The position numbers and the translations under genes were made by a program. This document shows, one piece after another, positions 32,752 through 42,425 of a stretch of 49,859 bases of DNA. Position 1 is the first letter of the stretch. Each line of letters begins with the position of its first letter. The stretch comes from a virus: IMG/VR virus record IMGVR_UViG_3300048791_000020; one strand, 5' to 3'. The notes beneath the pieces were generated by a model. It did no database searches, was not told the origin of the DNA, and saw only the letters and a list, made by a program, of their open reading frames with translations.

Positions 32752-32859
32752 ATGGCTCCTGATAATGAAACAAGATTGATTGGCGCAATTTGCGGCGTTC
32801 TGGATAAGCTTGCTTCGTTGCTTGCAGTTGCCGCAGAAAAGTTGAAGAAAGAAGAGTGA
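32752..32859 (+). CDS. Small ORF (35 aa)
   Basis: Strong SD AAGGGGG 6 nt upstream. The stop overlaps the GTG start of the next gene. Hand translation: MAPDNETRLIGAICGVLDKLASLLAVAAEKLKKEE*. Confidence 0.45.
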   Translation: MAPDNETRLIGAICGVLDKLASLLAVAAEKLKKEE

Positions 32860-33437
32860 ATCCAACAATCACATTGACGGAAGACGGCGATGGCGAAAGC
32901 TTCATAAAAGAAGCAATGGGAACGCTAGAAAACGCCAAGGTTTATGTTGGAATTCCTGAAGCTGAAACAAACCGCGAAAGTCAAAAAGATGAAGTAACCA
33001 ACGCGGGCCTTCTTTTCATTCACACCAACGGTTCTCCTATTCGGCACATTCCAGCTAGGCCGGTGATCGAACCAAGTATTGAAGCAAATCATGAACCGCT
33101 TGAACAAGGTTTACACGCAACAGCCGATTACGTTCTGGACGGCAAAAAAGCAGAAGCTAACCAAATGTTGAAAAAGGTTGGAACACTTGGGGCAAATGGC
33201 GCGAAGAAATGGTTTACTGATCCAAGAAACGGTTGGCGGCAAAATTCGCCGGAAACGATTCGCCGCAAGCTTTCTAAACTTACAGGTAAGCGGCTTCGCA
33301 AAGCTTTGAACGTTTTGAATTCAGTAAGCGAAAATATGCCGCTTGTTGGAATGTCGGCGCTGGATGAACTAAACACTCCGCTTATTAATACGGGTCAAAT
33401 GCGGAGAGCAATTACTTGGGTGACAGAAGTTTTATGA
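32856..33437 (+). CDS. Head-completion/neck protein (HK97 gp10-like pattern)
   Basis: NAGLLFIHTNGSPIRHIPARPVIEP resembles the ...G....iPaRPf... signature; position in the connector block. Confidence 0.4.
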   Translation: MNPTITLTEDGDGESFIKEAMGTLENAKVYVGIPEAETNRESQKDEVTNAGLLFIHTNGSPIRHIPARPVIEPSIEANHEPLEQGLHATADYVLDGKKAEANQMLKKVGTLGANGAKKWFTDPRNGWRQNSPETIRRKLSKLTGKRLRKALNVLNSVSENMPLVGMSALDELNTPLINTGQMRRAITWVTEVL

Positions 33438-33808
33438 TTGACGTTTCGGAAATAGTTTCGGACTCAGATTTCGCGCAAGATTTTGAAATTCAGCGTTCAA
33501 GCGGGGGATCGTGGAAGGCTGGAGTTTGGGTCAACGAAACAGAAACTGTTCCGGGCTATGGAATTGTTCAACCCGCAACGCCTGAAGAATTGGATCAAGT
33601 TCCGGAAGGGGATCGCGTAAGGGGTTCGTTAAGTTTTCATTCCGAAGACCCGCTATTTGAAACTCATACTCGCGGGACGAATGATACTTTCGCTGGAACA
33701 AGCGACATTATTTGTCACCGGGGCCAAAAGTATAGGTTAGTTAAAGTTTGGCAATGGGAAGATTTTGGGTATTTTCACGCCATTGGTGCAAGAATTAGCG
33801 GGCAATGA
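33434..33808 (+). CDS. Neck / tail-completion protein (position-based)
   Basis: ATGA overlap with the previous gene; 124 aa. Confidence 0.4.
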   Translation: MIDVSEIVSDSDFAQDFEIQRSSGGSWKAGVWVNETETVPGYGIVQPATPEELDQVPEGDRVRGSLSFHSEDPLFETHTRGTNDTFAGTSDIICHRGQKYRLVKVWQWEDFGYFHAIGARISGQ

Positions 33809-34632
33809 CAACAACAACATTTCAAAACGGGCAAGTTCTAACAAGTTCGGCGCTCACGGATAAAAACCTTGACGCAATTTTTCAATTGCTCTGTTGTCAA
33901 ATGTTGGGTCTAACGGCCGGATACCAATTGCCATGCGAACTTTCCGATTCTTCCAATGTGATTTCAACAGCAATTGTTTCGGCTAACATTGCAAATGGAT
34001 TTCAGGTTGCGGGTCCTAACATTCCCGAAGGCGCTGAGATTGTAGGCATATCAACACAGGGAACAAATCTTCTTATTCAACTTTCCGTTACTCCAACGCA
34101 GAACGGTTTGCAAACAATTACGTTTTTTGATCCTTCGTACAATACACGGGTTCGAACAAGTTGGCAGGAAAAAGGCTCTCCTGCGTTTGGAATTGAAGAT
34201 GACGTTTTGTTTATTCGTTGTGTGTTGGAACCAACGAATTACAACATTCGAGATGAATCTTGGCAAGTTTTAGAAGGAACTGAGGGAAAAATTCTATCGA
34301 AAAATAGAACGTATACCCGGCAATGGCGCATTGCGTTTGTTGCTTATGGGCCGAATGCTTGTGATTCCATGCGTTTGATTAGATCAATGTTGCTTGAAGA
34401 TTTTCCGCATGATACGCTTGCCGGGTCAAATCTGTATTTGGTGCCAGATACAACAACACCGGATCGTAACCCGGAATTGTTTGAATCACAATGGTGGGAA
34501 CGTTGGGATTGGGCGGCTATCTTCAATGAGCAAGTGAACGAATCAATCACCATTCCGAAGGTTGCAACGATTCAGGTAATCGGAACGACTTCGGACAAGC
34601 AAAACTTTAACGCTTCGATTCAGGGGGAATAA
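33805..34632 (+). CDS. Neck/tail terminator-like structural protein (position-based)
   Basis: 275 aa, immediately upstream of the sheath gene; TAATG overlap. Confidence 0.4.
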   Translation: MTTTTFQNGQVLTSSALTDKNLDAIFQLLCCQMLGLTAGYQLPCELSDSSNVISTAIVSANIANGFQVAGPNIPEGAEIVGISTQGTNLLIQLSVTPTQNGLQTITFFDPSYNTRVRTSWQEKGSPAFGIEDDVLFIRCVLEPTNYNIRDESWQVLEGTEGKILSKNRTYTRQWRIAFVAYGPNACDSMRLIRSMLLEDFPHDTLAGSNLYLVPDTTTPDRNPELFESQWWERWDWAAIFNEQVNESITIPKVATIQVIGTTSDKQNFNASIQGE

Positions 34633-36227
34633 TGTCAAGTCCAACTCTTCCGTTGTCAAACATCGTTGATGCAACCGTAATCATTCAAGCAAATGCGGTT
34701 GCTCCCCCGGCTTTCAATCAAGCTTTAATTGTTGGAAATAGCGCAACGATTCCAAGTTACGGGACCGGGGGAAGAGTTGTTCTGTTTTCAGGCGGAACAA
34801 ATATTCTTCAACAGATGTTGACTTATGGGTTTTCCTCAACTTCGGAAGAGTATTTGGCGGCGCAAAATTTCTTGGCCGCTTCTTCGAACCCTTTTTATCT
34901 TGCGATTGGGCGGCAAGATGCAACGGCAATTGGAGCGTTTACCATTGACGTTGCCGGTACGGGTTACGCTCTCGGTGATTTGATTTATCCAACTGGAATT
35001 TCAAACGCAATTTTGAAAGTGACTGCTGAATCTGGCGGAATTCCAAGTTTTTTGGCTTTTGTTCAGCAAGGAACCGGGGCAACAGTTACAAGCGGCATTG
35101 CAACAACAACAAACGGTTCTGGAACTGGACTTGAAATCAACGTTACGACTTTGGGTGAAACTTCCTTAGAAGCAATTCAGGCTTGCCGCATTGTTTCGCC
35201 AACTTGGTATCTATTCCGCGTTATAGGTTCTTCCGATGGTGATAACATCGCAATGACGGAATGGGCGCAAACCGCAACCCCGGTTTGTCAAAACTTCTTC
35301 AGAACAAGTTCAACCAATGTTACAACCGGCGACCCCGGAAACATTTTTTCAACCTTGAAAGCTGGCAATTACAACCGTTATCAAGGAATTTACGCCACGG
35401 TTCAGACGGCGGCAACAACCAATTGTGCAACAACCAATGGTTTGCCAAACATTACTTTAACTTCGGCAACTGGAGTTGTTGCGGGGCAAGGGGTTGTTGG
35501 AACCGGAATTCCTCTTGGAACAACGTTGCTTTCAATTGTTGGCACGGCTGGCGTTATGTCCAACAATGCCACGGCAACAAGCGGAAGCGTTTCTTTGGCT
35601 TTCAATGCGGCTCCAAATAATACCTATATCGCAGAAGGCTTAATGGGCCTTGCGATGGGTTTGAATACTGGATTCAACAATTCTTATTTCACATTAACAA
35701 ACAAGAATTTGATTGGCATGGTTCCAGAACCAATCACACAACTTGTTTACAACACAATCGCCGGAAACAACGGAAATGTTTACGGCAATTTCGGCGGATC
35801 GTTCAATTCTTACGCAACTGGAATTACAGGAAGCGGCCAATATTTCGATAATATTTTGGGACTCGATATGTTGGTTGCCGATCTTCAGTTTGCCGGGGCA
35901 AATTGTCTTGCTGCCTACAATGCGGTTGGTCAGAACGATCAGGGACAATCGATTATTCTTCATGCGATGAATTCGCAGGGTTGTCAACCTTCAGCAAATC
36001 GCGGGTTCCTTTCACCGGGGGTCTGGAATGGAAGTACAATTCAATTTGGTTCGCAAATTGCGCTTCAGGCTGGAACTTCGGTTCCGAACGGTTTCTTGAA
36101 TGTTTCGCCTTCGTATGTTCAACTTGGAGCGAAACCGGCAAAGAGGGCGAGTGCTCCTGTGTATTGCGCTGTTATTCAAACCGATGCGGTTCAGCAAATC
36201 ATCATTGCGGTTCTAGTCCAACAATAA
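34632..36227 (+). CDS. Contractile tail sheath protein (DUF3383-like) with inserted surface modules
   Basis: 531 aa. The N-terminus LSNIVDATVIIQANAV...ALIVG fits the DUF3383 pattern, and the gene is followed by a tube gene. Confidence 0.65.
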   Translation: MSSPTLPLSNIVDATVIIQANAVAPPAFNQALIVGNSATIPSYGTGGRVVLFSGGTNILQQMLTYGFSSTSEEYLAAQNFLAASSNPFYLAIGRQDATAIGAFTIDVAGTGYALGDLIYPTGISNAILKVTAESGGIPSFLAFVQQGTGATVTSGIATTTNGSGTGLEINVTTLGETSLEAIQACRIVSPTWYLFRVIGSSDGDNIAMTEWAQTATPVCQNFFRTSSTNVTTGDPGNIFSTLKAGNYNRYQGIYATVQTAATTNCATTNGLPNITLTSATGVVAGQGVVGTGIPLGTTLLSIVGTAGVMSNNATATSGSVSLAFNAAPNNTYIAEGLMGLAMGLNTGFNNSYFTLTNKNLIGMVPEPITQLVYNTIAGNNGNVYGNFGGSFNSYATGITGSGQYFDNILGLDMLVADLQFAGANCLAAYNAVGQNDQGQSIILHAMNSQGCQPSANRGFLSPGVWNGSTIQFGSQIALQAGTSVPNGFLNVSPSYVQLGAKPAKRASAPVYCAVIQTDAVQQIIIAVLVQQ

Positions 36228-36239
36228 AGAAGGGGAACT

Positions 36240-36725
36240 ATGAGTGCTTTAGCGAATCCGTTTGCATCGTTGTTCAGCGGAATTGGAACAACGTATTCAT
36301 TCAAAGACTTGAGCGGTGCAATTACTTCACCGCTTGCGGGCGCTTTCGCTTTTGCCGGGGAAATTGGAGCAGGAAAAGTCGTTGTTGAAAACAGCGTTGA
36401 TCACGGCGTTATGGATGGAGCGGCGGACGGGACGCAGGTTCCGGGGTTCGTTGCTGGCGATGCCGGAAGAATCACAATTGAAGTTCAACAGACAAGCATT
36501 TTTCATAAGTTTCTTTTGTATTGGGCAAACCTTCACATTCGCGCTGGAACGGGCGGCGATGTGAGTCAATGGGCTGGTTCCTCCATGCTGTTACGGAACA
36601 CTGTTGACGGAACAAGTCACATTGCGACCGGCCTTACTCCAACAAAAATTCCAGATAAGGCATACGACAAGAATCCCGGCAACTTAACTTGGGTTCTTCT
36701 TGCTGCCAATCTGGTTAACCAATAA
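36240..36725 (+). CDS. Tail tube protein (DUF3277-like)
   Basis: 161 aa, directly after the sheath gene. Confidence 0.55.
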   Translation: MSALANPFASLFSGIGTTYSFKDLSGAITSPLAGAFAFAGEIGAGKVVVENSVDHGVMDGAADGTQVPGFVAGDAGRITIEVQQTSIFHKFLLYWANLHIRAGTGGDVSQWAGSSMLLRNTVDGTSHIATGLTPTKIPDKAYDKNPGNLTWVLLAANLVNQ

Positions 36726-36853
36726 CGCTGAACCCTTGATGATCTTCGGATCGTGTCGCTTTCAAGCGGCTTGTTGACAAAAAATGTCTAGACTGGTAAA
36801 GGCAGCTATTGGGGCAACAATAAAGGGTTAGTTGTTGCTCATTTGAGGAACCA

Positions 36854-37321
36854 ATGGAAGCGACAAAAGATGTTGTTATAGGTGACTCGCGGTATCAAAT
36901 TTCGCGAGTTGATGCCGAAACCGGATCGTTTCTTCTTTATCAAATTTTAGCCGCATTGCGGAAAGCAATTGCTGAAGGCGGCGAAGAAGAACCGGCTCAA
37001 CAGGAACAGATTGAACTTTCGCCTGAAGAAAAAGAAAAACAAACTTCAGAAGCAACAGGCGCGATGATTCAAAATGTTTTGATGAGTGTTGATCGCGTCA
37101 TGTTTGGCAAGATTCAACGGGACGCCTTAAGCGTTTGCAAGCAATACACTGCAATTGGTGAAAATGAAACTCTTCTTCCTGTTTTAATGGCGAACGGAAA
37201 GATCGCCATTCCAGATTTAAAGAACGACATTCAAGCATTAGTTTCTCTAACTCAACATTCGCTTCACTTCAACCTGTTACCTTTTTTTTCAAACGGCGGG
37301 TTCAAAGCGGTGATGATTTAG
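36854..37321 (+). CDS. Tail assembly chaperone (0-frame product)
   Basis: Acidic 155-aa protein between tube and tape measure; contains the slippery site at 37282-37288. Confidence 0.6.
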   Translation: MEATKDVVIGDSRYQISRVDAETGSFLLYQILAALRKAIAEGGEEEPAQQEQIELSPEEKEKQTSEATGAMIQNVLMSVDRVMFGKIQRDALSVCKQYTAIGENETLLPVLMANGKIAIPDLKNDIQALVSLTQHSLHFNLLPFFSNGGFKAVMI

Positions 37322-37512
37322 GGGGTTTCGAACCAACGCCGTTTCCAACCCTTGACGGTTATTTGTATAGACCCGTTGCGTTGGGACTTTGGAAGCAACA
37401 CGAGGCAACAGACGGAACCTATTCATTTTTTGATCTTGTTGCCGCTCACGAAATTTTGGATATTCAGGAGTTAAACCGAGTTCGACATAGAGAATGGATG
37501 GGGGAACGTTAA
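37282..37512 (+). CDS. -1 programmed frameshift extension of the tail chaperone
   Basis: T TTT TTT heptamer (T8 run 37282-37289) in X XXY YYZ phase. The -1 frame, hand-translated, is open for 74 codons (FKRRVQSGDDLGGFEPTPFPTLDGYLYRPVALGLWKQHEATDGTYSFFDLVAAHEILDIQELNRVRHREWMGER*). It stops at 37510-37512, overlapping the tape-measure ATG. Confidence 0.55.
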   Translation, partial: FFFKRRVQSGDDLGGFEPTPFPTLDGYLYRPVALGLWKQHEATDGTYSFFDLVAAHEILDIQELNRVRHREWMGER

Positions 37513-39053
37513 TGGCCGGGGATATAAAATTCCTCAAATCCTACTTGGTGTCACTTGGGTTTGACGTTAATCAAAGTCAATTCAATAAATTCAATTCCTC
37601 TTTGAAGGAAGCGGCTGCGCTCGTTAAAAAATCGGGCGTATCAATGGCTGCTGATGTGATTAGTTGGCAAATTAAATTGACCGCAGGATTTGTTGCGGTT
37701 TCAACTGCAATTGTAGGTACTGCGTATAAAGTTGCGATGGCTGATCAGGAATTTCGTTTGTTCGGTCAACGTATGTTGCTAAACACCGAACAAGCAAGAT
37801 CGTTGAAGATCACACTTGACGCCTTGAACCAACCGATTGAAGCAATCGCCTTTGATCCTGAATTACATGCTCGCTATGAACAATTGAGGAAAGATCAATT
37901 GTTACTTTCGGCGGGTTTAGGTGGTGACTTCGAAGGAACGATGAAACAAATCCGGGATGTGATGTTTGAGTTCACACGATTGGAAGTTGAATTTAAATAT
38001 TTCACCTTTAGCGTTGCGAAGAATTTGTTCGCGGCTTTGGGCGGCGGTGATTTCATCAAACAATTGCATAATTTGAATGATTGGATTATCAAGAACATTC
38101 CGGAATGGTCAAGAAAGTTTTCAACTTATCTTGTCCCGATATTGAAAGACACTTGGCGAATCTTAAAAGACTTGGGCGTTTTGTTCTTGGATTTGGGAAC
38201 TGTATTTACAAACTTCATTGGAATTGTTTCTGGTGATAGTTCTTTGAAGTCCAAGACATTTGATTTTGAAAAGTTCGCCAACGCCGTTGATAAGGTTGCA
38301 AGGGCGGTTGCTTGGGTATTGGAAAAGCTAATTGCTCTTGAGGATTTTTTGGCTCAGAATCCGGGGTTGGTTGGCGGCGCTGCCTTGGGAGCTAAGGTAG
38401 GGTCATTTTTCGGGCCGGAAGGAACGCTTATAGGCGGGGCTGTAGGGGCGCTTGGCGGCGAAGCGTACGATTCCCTTCTAGGCGGCGCACCGGGCGCGGC
38501 AGGGGGCAACAGCGGGCCGGGGGCTGGCGGTGTGACGGCGGATCAGGCGCGGACGCTCGCTCAACAGATAGGCGGCAACCTTGGCGTTGATCCAAGCATA
38601 ATTTATGCTCAATTCGCACATGAAACTGGCAATTTCACCAATCGGGGTGCAAGACAATTGAACAATCTTGCTGGAATTGAAAACGCAGATGGAAGTTATA
38701 AATCATTTGCGTCAACAGCGGGGTTTGCTGATTATTATACAAAGCTGATACAACGTAAGTACAGCGGGGCGCTTGGCGCAACAAGTACAGATGCATACGC
38801 GAGCGCATTAAAACAAGGCGGATACTTTGCGGATACTTTGAGTAATTACGAACATGGAATGCGAAGCTTTCAAGGATCGTATTCGAATGGTGGTGGTTCG
38901 CATTCATCGTTCGAAATGAACGGCGATATAAATATCATGCAACCGAACGCATCCCCTGATCAAATCAAAATAATTGTCAAAAGTGCAATGGAAGAACACA
39001 CAGCGTTGAAAACGAAACGGAGTTTAGCTCAAACGCGAACAGCTTATGTCTAG
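37512..39053 (+). CDS. Tape measure protein with C-terminal glucosaminidase/FlgJ-like peptidoglycan hydrolase domain
   Basis: Position after the chaperone; Gly-rich linker. Then SIIYAQFAHETGNFTNRGARQLNNLAGI resembles the Glucosaminidase family motif. An alternative in-frame ATG lies at 37494. Confidence 0.7.
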   Translation: MAGDIKFLKSYLVSLGFDVNQSQFNKFNSSLKEAAALVKKSGVSMAADVISWQIKLTAGFVAVSTAIVGTAYKVAMADQEFRLFGQRMLLNTEQARSLKITLDALNQPIEAIAFDPELHARYEQLRKDQLLLSAGLGGDFEGTMKQIRDVMFEFTRLEVEFKYFTFSVAKNLFAALGGGDFIKQLHNLNDWIIKNIPEWSRKFSTYLVPILKDTWRILKDLGVLFLDLGTVFTNFIGIVSGDSSLKSKTFDFEKFANAVDKVARAVAWVLEKLIALEDFLAQNPGLVGGAALGAKVGSFFGPEGTLIGGAVGALGGEAYDSLLGGAPGAAGGNSGPGAGGVTADQARTLAQQIGGNLGVDPSIIYAQFAHETGNFTNRGARQLNNLAGIENADGSYKSFASTAGFADYYTKLIQRKYSGALGATSTDAYASALKQGGYFADTLSNYEHGMRSFQGSYSNGGGSHSSFEMNGDINIMQPNASPDQIKIIVKSAMEEHTALKTKRSLAQTRTAYV

Positions 39054-39828
39054 CGTTACGGTTAATACATCGAATAATTACACTACGCCAACATCTAATC
39101 CGGCGTTAAGTCCGCAATATTCCCCGCCAAATTGGGCAACTCAAAAAGCGTTGTATTCAATTGTTGTTAATGATCAAACAACAGTAACCCCTGTAACTCC
39201 AGCACCAAATAATCCGGGCACATTTACTATGCGTGTCAATGTTGCCGGATCATCAACAACGATGTTTGTTTTTGACGCCATTAGGCGAGCGGACCATGAT
39301 CAATCGTGCATACCTACAAAGAAGCCTTTGCAGACGGGTTACAACTCAACTGATCATGCGGTTTTACAACCGGCGATTATCGTTTTAGAAGCTGTTATGT
39401 CAGATGCGATTGCAGCTTATTCAACTGGAATGTGGACTGGAAACCCATCAAAGAGCGTATCCGCGTTTCAGCAAATGAAAACGTTGATGATCAATCGGGC
39501 ATTGATCACGTTGAATACTCGCCTTCAAACTTACACAAATTGTCTTTTAACAAACGTTCGATGCGCTGATTCAAATCGGTATTATTACGGCGCTGAATTG
39601 ATCTTGACGTTTGAGCAAATCATTCTTTCGCAGGTATCGGTTCAATTCAATTCAGCTCGCTCGCAAACGACAGGGGGAACGGCACAAGGAACAGTTCAGC
39701 CAATGAACCCAAGCGCATCAACGTTGGCACAATACGGGACAAGTACGCCAACCAATATTCCGGGCGCTGGAAACTTTAGCAGCGTTGCCAAGGCTCTTAG
39801 CCCCGCTGCGGGGTTGATCTTGCCATGA
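39046..39828 (+). CDS. Tail/baseplate-associated structural protein (position-based)
   Basis: ORF track; overlaps the tape-measure end. Confidence 0.4.
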   Translation: MSSVTVNTSNNYTTPTSNPALSPQYSPPNWATQKALYSIVVNDQTTVTPVTPAPNNPGTFTMRVNVAGSSTTMFVFDAIRRADHDQSCIPTKKPLQTGYNSTDHAVLQPAIIVLEAVMSDAIAAYSTGMWTGNPSKSVSAFQQMKTLMINRALITLNTRLQTYTNCLLTNVRCADSNRYYYGAELILTFEQIILSQVSVQFNSARSQTTGGTAQGTVQPMNPSASTLAQYGTSTPTNIPGAGNFSSVAKALSPAAGLILP

Positions 39829-40166
39829 ATCAAATTGTCCCGTTGTCTTCCAATCCGAATCAAAGCTTTCTTGCCAATTTAACGGTAAACGGGGTATCGC
39901 TAAAACTGAATTTATCGATTCGGTTCAATGAAATTTCTCAATATTGGGGAATGAGCATTGCTGATGTTAACAACAACATAATTTTGGCGAGCGTTCCATT
40001 ACTAACTGGAGTTTGGCCCGCTGCTAATATTTTGGGGCAATATCAATATTTGGGGATTGGAAGTTGTTACTTGTTGAATATAACAAGCGGAGGTACAGGT
40101 TCGGATTACCCAAACGGTCAAAATTTAGGCAGCGATTTTTTGCTTTTATGGGGCGACTCAGTATGA
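39825..40166 (+). CDS. Small tail/baseplate protein (position-based)
   Basis: ORF track; 113 aa. Confidence 0.4.
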   Translation: MNQIVPLSSNPNQSFLANLTVNGVSLKLNLSIRFNEISQYWGMSIADVNNNIILASVPLLTGVWPAANILGQYQYLGIGSCYLLNITSGGTGSDYPNGQNLGSDFLLLWGDSV

Positions 40167-40837
40167 TCGTCTATCGCGCAGTTTGCTCAGTAACCGGAAA
40201 AAGTTACATCGGCCAAACTCAAACTGGTTTGGAAGAAAGAAAACGTCAACACAATAAGTCGAATAAAAATTTGCCTTTTTATAACGCAATTCGTTTATAT
40301 GGGAAAGATTCGTTTGAATGGTCTGTATTGTGGACGGGGTGTAATCAAGTTGATTGCGATACAGTAGAAATAAACTTGATTCAATTTTATAACTCTTTAT
40401 CGCCAAATGGCTATAATTTAAAAAGTGGCGGCAACGGCGGTGGTACTCATTCCTTAGAAACAAAACAAAAAATGTCCGATTTAAAAGTTGGAAAATCAAC
40501 TTGGTGCAAAGGATTGACAAAAGAAACAGATTCTAGGGTAGAGCAAAGAGCAGAATCGCAACGGGGAATTTTCAAGTCGGAAGAGCATAGAGTGAAACTT
40601 CGAATTGCAAAGTTGGGAAAACCCGCTCAATGGACTAGCGAACGTAATAAATGGTACTCTGGAGAAAATAGTTTTTCGGCTTTAACATTTTTGATAACAA
40701 AACCATCCGGGGAGATTATCAAAATAACTTCGCTTGCCACTTTTTGTAAAGCGAATGAGTTAAACAGGCATTGCATGAGGCGAGTTGCTCAAGGCATTCA
40801 AGAACATCACAAAGGTTATAGGTGTTCTTATGTCTAG
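40163..40837 (+). CDS. GIY-YIG homing endonuclease with NUMOD3-like repeats
   Basis: VYRAVCSVTGKSYIGQT ... R...H ... YNAI...G ... E..LI...NS..PNGYNLK.GG. Followed by SLETKQKMS / SEEHRVKLR helices. ATGA overlap upstream and an 8-nt overlap with the hub gene downstream. Confidence 0.85.
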   Translation: MIVYRAVCSVTGKSYIGQTQTGLEERKRQHNKSNKNLPFYNAIRLYGKDSFEWSVLWTGCNQVDCDTVEINLIQFYNSLSPNGYNLKSGGNGGGTHSLETKQKMSDLKVGKSTWCKGLTKETDSRVEQRAESQRGIFKSEEHRVKLRIAKLGKPAQWTSERNKWYSGENSFSALTFLITKPSGEIIKITSLATFCKANELNRHCMRRVAQGIQEHHKGYRCSYV

Positions 40838-41777
40838 TGCATATCTTGGACTTCCCCGATTTGGGCGAGCATGGAAATTAACCATCGAAGAACAGAGCGG
40901 AACAGTTATTGAATTTGGAACAAACACAGTTGGAAATCCCTTTGATCCTGAACCCCTTCAAATAACATTCGAAACATATCAAACAATTCAACAGGGATTT
41001 TGGTATTGCGATATTATTATTTACAATTTGAATTCGCCATTGGAACAGAAAACTTTGCTTCAAGGAATGACAGTTACTCTTGAAGCCGGGTATCAAGGGC
41101 AACCTTACGGAATAATCTTCAAAGGATCATTGCTTCAACCGCTTTGGGAGCGTGAAAACGGAACAGACGATAAGTTAACGCTTCATTGTGTTTGCGGCTT
41201 GGTTGAAGTCAACAACAATTTTATCGCTCAAACAATCGCCGGAGGATTATCACAGCGGCAAATCGTTGCACAAATGGCGGCGGCTTGTCATTTCCCTTTG
41301 GATGCAACCAACGTTGACCCTTTGAGTTCAACGAAGCAAACGCGAGCATCAACATACTTTGGGCAACCGGGTGAATTCTTTCAAGAGATTGCGGACTTCA
41401 ATAACGCAAATCTTTGGTTTAGTAACATGGCGGTTAACATTCGCAACTTACGCCAACAAACTGAAATTCCAACATTGTCTTTCGGCCCCGGATCAGGTTT
41501 GTTAGGAACCCCAAAGCAAACGCAAGACGGCGTTGTTATCACGGTTAATTTGGATGCCCGCATTCAACTCATGACGCAAGTTCAGTTAGAAGAGGGAGTA
41601 ATCATTTCGCAGTTGCCGAGAAACATTCCAAGTTATCCAACAATCCTAGACGCCAACGGTTTATATATCGTTGGTGCTGTTAAACACTTTGGGGATTCGC
41701 GGGGCAACACTTGGGATACTGAAGTAACCGGCTTCGTAAATGCAGGTTCGTTGCTTTCACTTCAAACGCAGTTTTGA
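40830..41777 (+). CDS. Baseplate hub protein (Mu gp44 / P2 gpD-like role)
   Basis: WKLTIEE...ITFE...CDIIIYNL...VTLEAGY...IIFKGSL pattern, and position before the spike gene. Confidence 0.55.
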   Translation: MSSAYLGLPRFGRAWKLTIEEQSGTVIEFGTNTVGNPFDPEPLQITFETYQTIQQGFWYCDIIIYNLNSPLEQKTLLQGMTVTLEAGYQGQPYGIIFKGSLLQPLWERENGTDDKLTLHCVCGLVEVNNNFIAQTIAGGLSQRQIVAQMAAACHFPLDATNVDPLSSTKQTRASTYFGQPGEFFQEIADFNNANLWFSNMAVNIRNLRQQTEIPTLSFGPGSGLLGTPKQTQDGVVITVNLDARIQLMTQVQLEEGVIISQLPRNIPSYPTILDANGLYIVGAVKHFGDSRGNTWDTEVTGFVNAGSLLSLQTQF

Positions 41778-41783
41778 GGAACT

Positions 41784-42425
41784 ATGAGCGCTCCACCATT
41801 TGTAGGCACACCGACAGTTGCCGAACGTTTAGCAAATGAAAACGTGCTATGGAAATCCATTTGCAAACGGGTTGCCTACACATTGCGCGTTGGCTTGCCC
41901 GGAAAGATTGTTGCGTTCGATTCGGTTACTCAATATTGCGTTGTTGAATTGCAAATTACAGAAAACGTGATCATCAACGAAGTTATTTCAGCAATGCCTA
42001 TTCCTAACTTGCATGATGTGTTGTTGATGTTGCCGGGAGATACAGATTGGTGTATAACATTTCCGTCTTTAATCGGAAGAGAATGCTTGGTTATGTTTGC
42101 CGATATGTGTATAAGCGCTTGGGCAACCAATGGCGGCGTTCAAAATCAGGAAGTAACTCGGCGTCACAGTTTGAGCGATGGATTCGCAATTTTAGGGCCG
42201 CGAAGTCAACCAAACGTTATTCCTGATTACTCAACAACGGCGAGTGAATGGCGTAACATTGAAAACACAGTTAAGTTGGCCCTAAGTTCTACTGGCATTG
42301 CAATTACTTCCCCGCTAATCAGTTGGAATAAAACTCCGGTTGTTAGCTCAACTTCCCCGACTTTTGCTATTCCGATCACGCTTAATGGCGTAGTCTATTA
42401 CATAAAATTGAGTACGACTCCATGA
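41784..42425 (+). CDS. Baseplate central spike (Mu gp45 / P2 gpV-like, gp138-N OB fold)
   Basis: GLPGKIVAFD ... PNLHDVLLMLPG ... GRECLVMFAD ... RRHSLSDGFAILG. Confidence 0.7.
   Translation: MSAPPFVGTPTVAERLANENVLWKSICKRVAYTLRVGLPGKIVAFDSVTQYCVVELQITENVIINEVISAMPIPNLHDVLLMLPGDTDWCITFPSLIGRECLVMFADMCISAWATNGGVQNQEVTRRHSLSDGFAILGPRSQPNVIPDYSTTASEWRNIENTVKLALSSTGIAITSPLISWNKTPVVSSTSPTFAIPITLNGVVYYIKLSTTP

Noticed and set aside
36774-36802. TTGACA-N17-TAAAGG promoter-like element, plus a weak hairpin at 36755-36770, between the tube and chaperone genes.
   Set aside because: The -10 hexamer is poor and the stem is only 4-6 bp. I did not report it as a feature.
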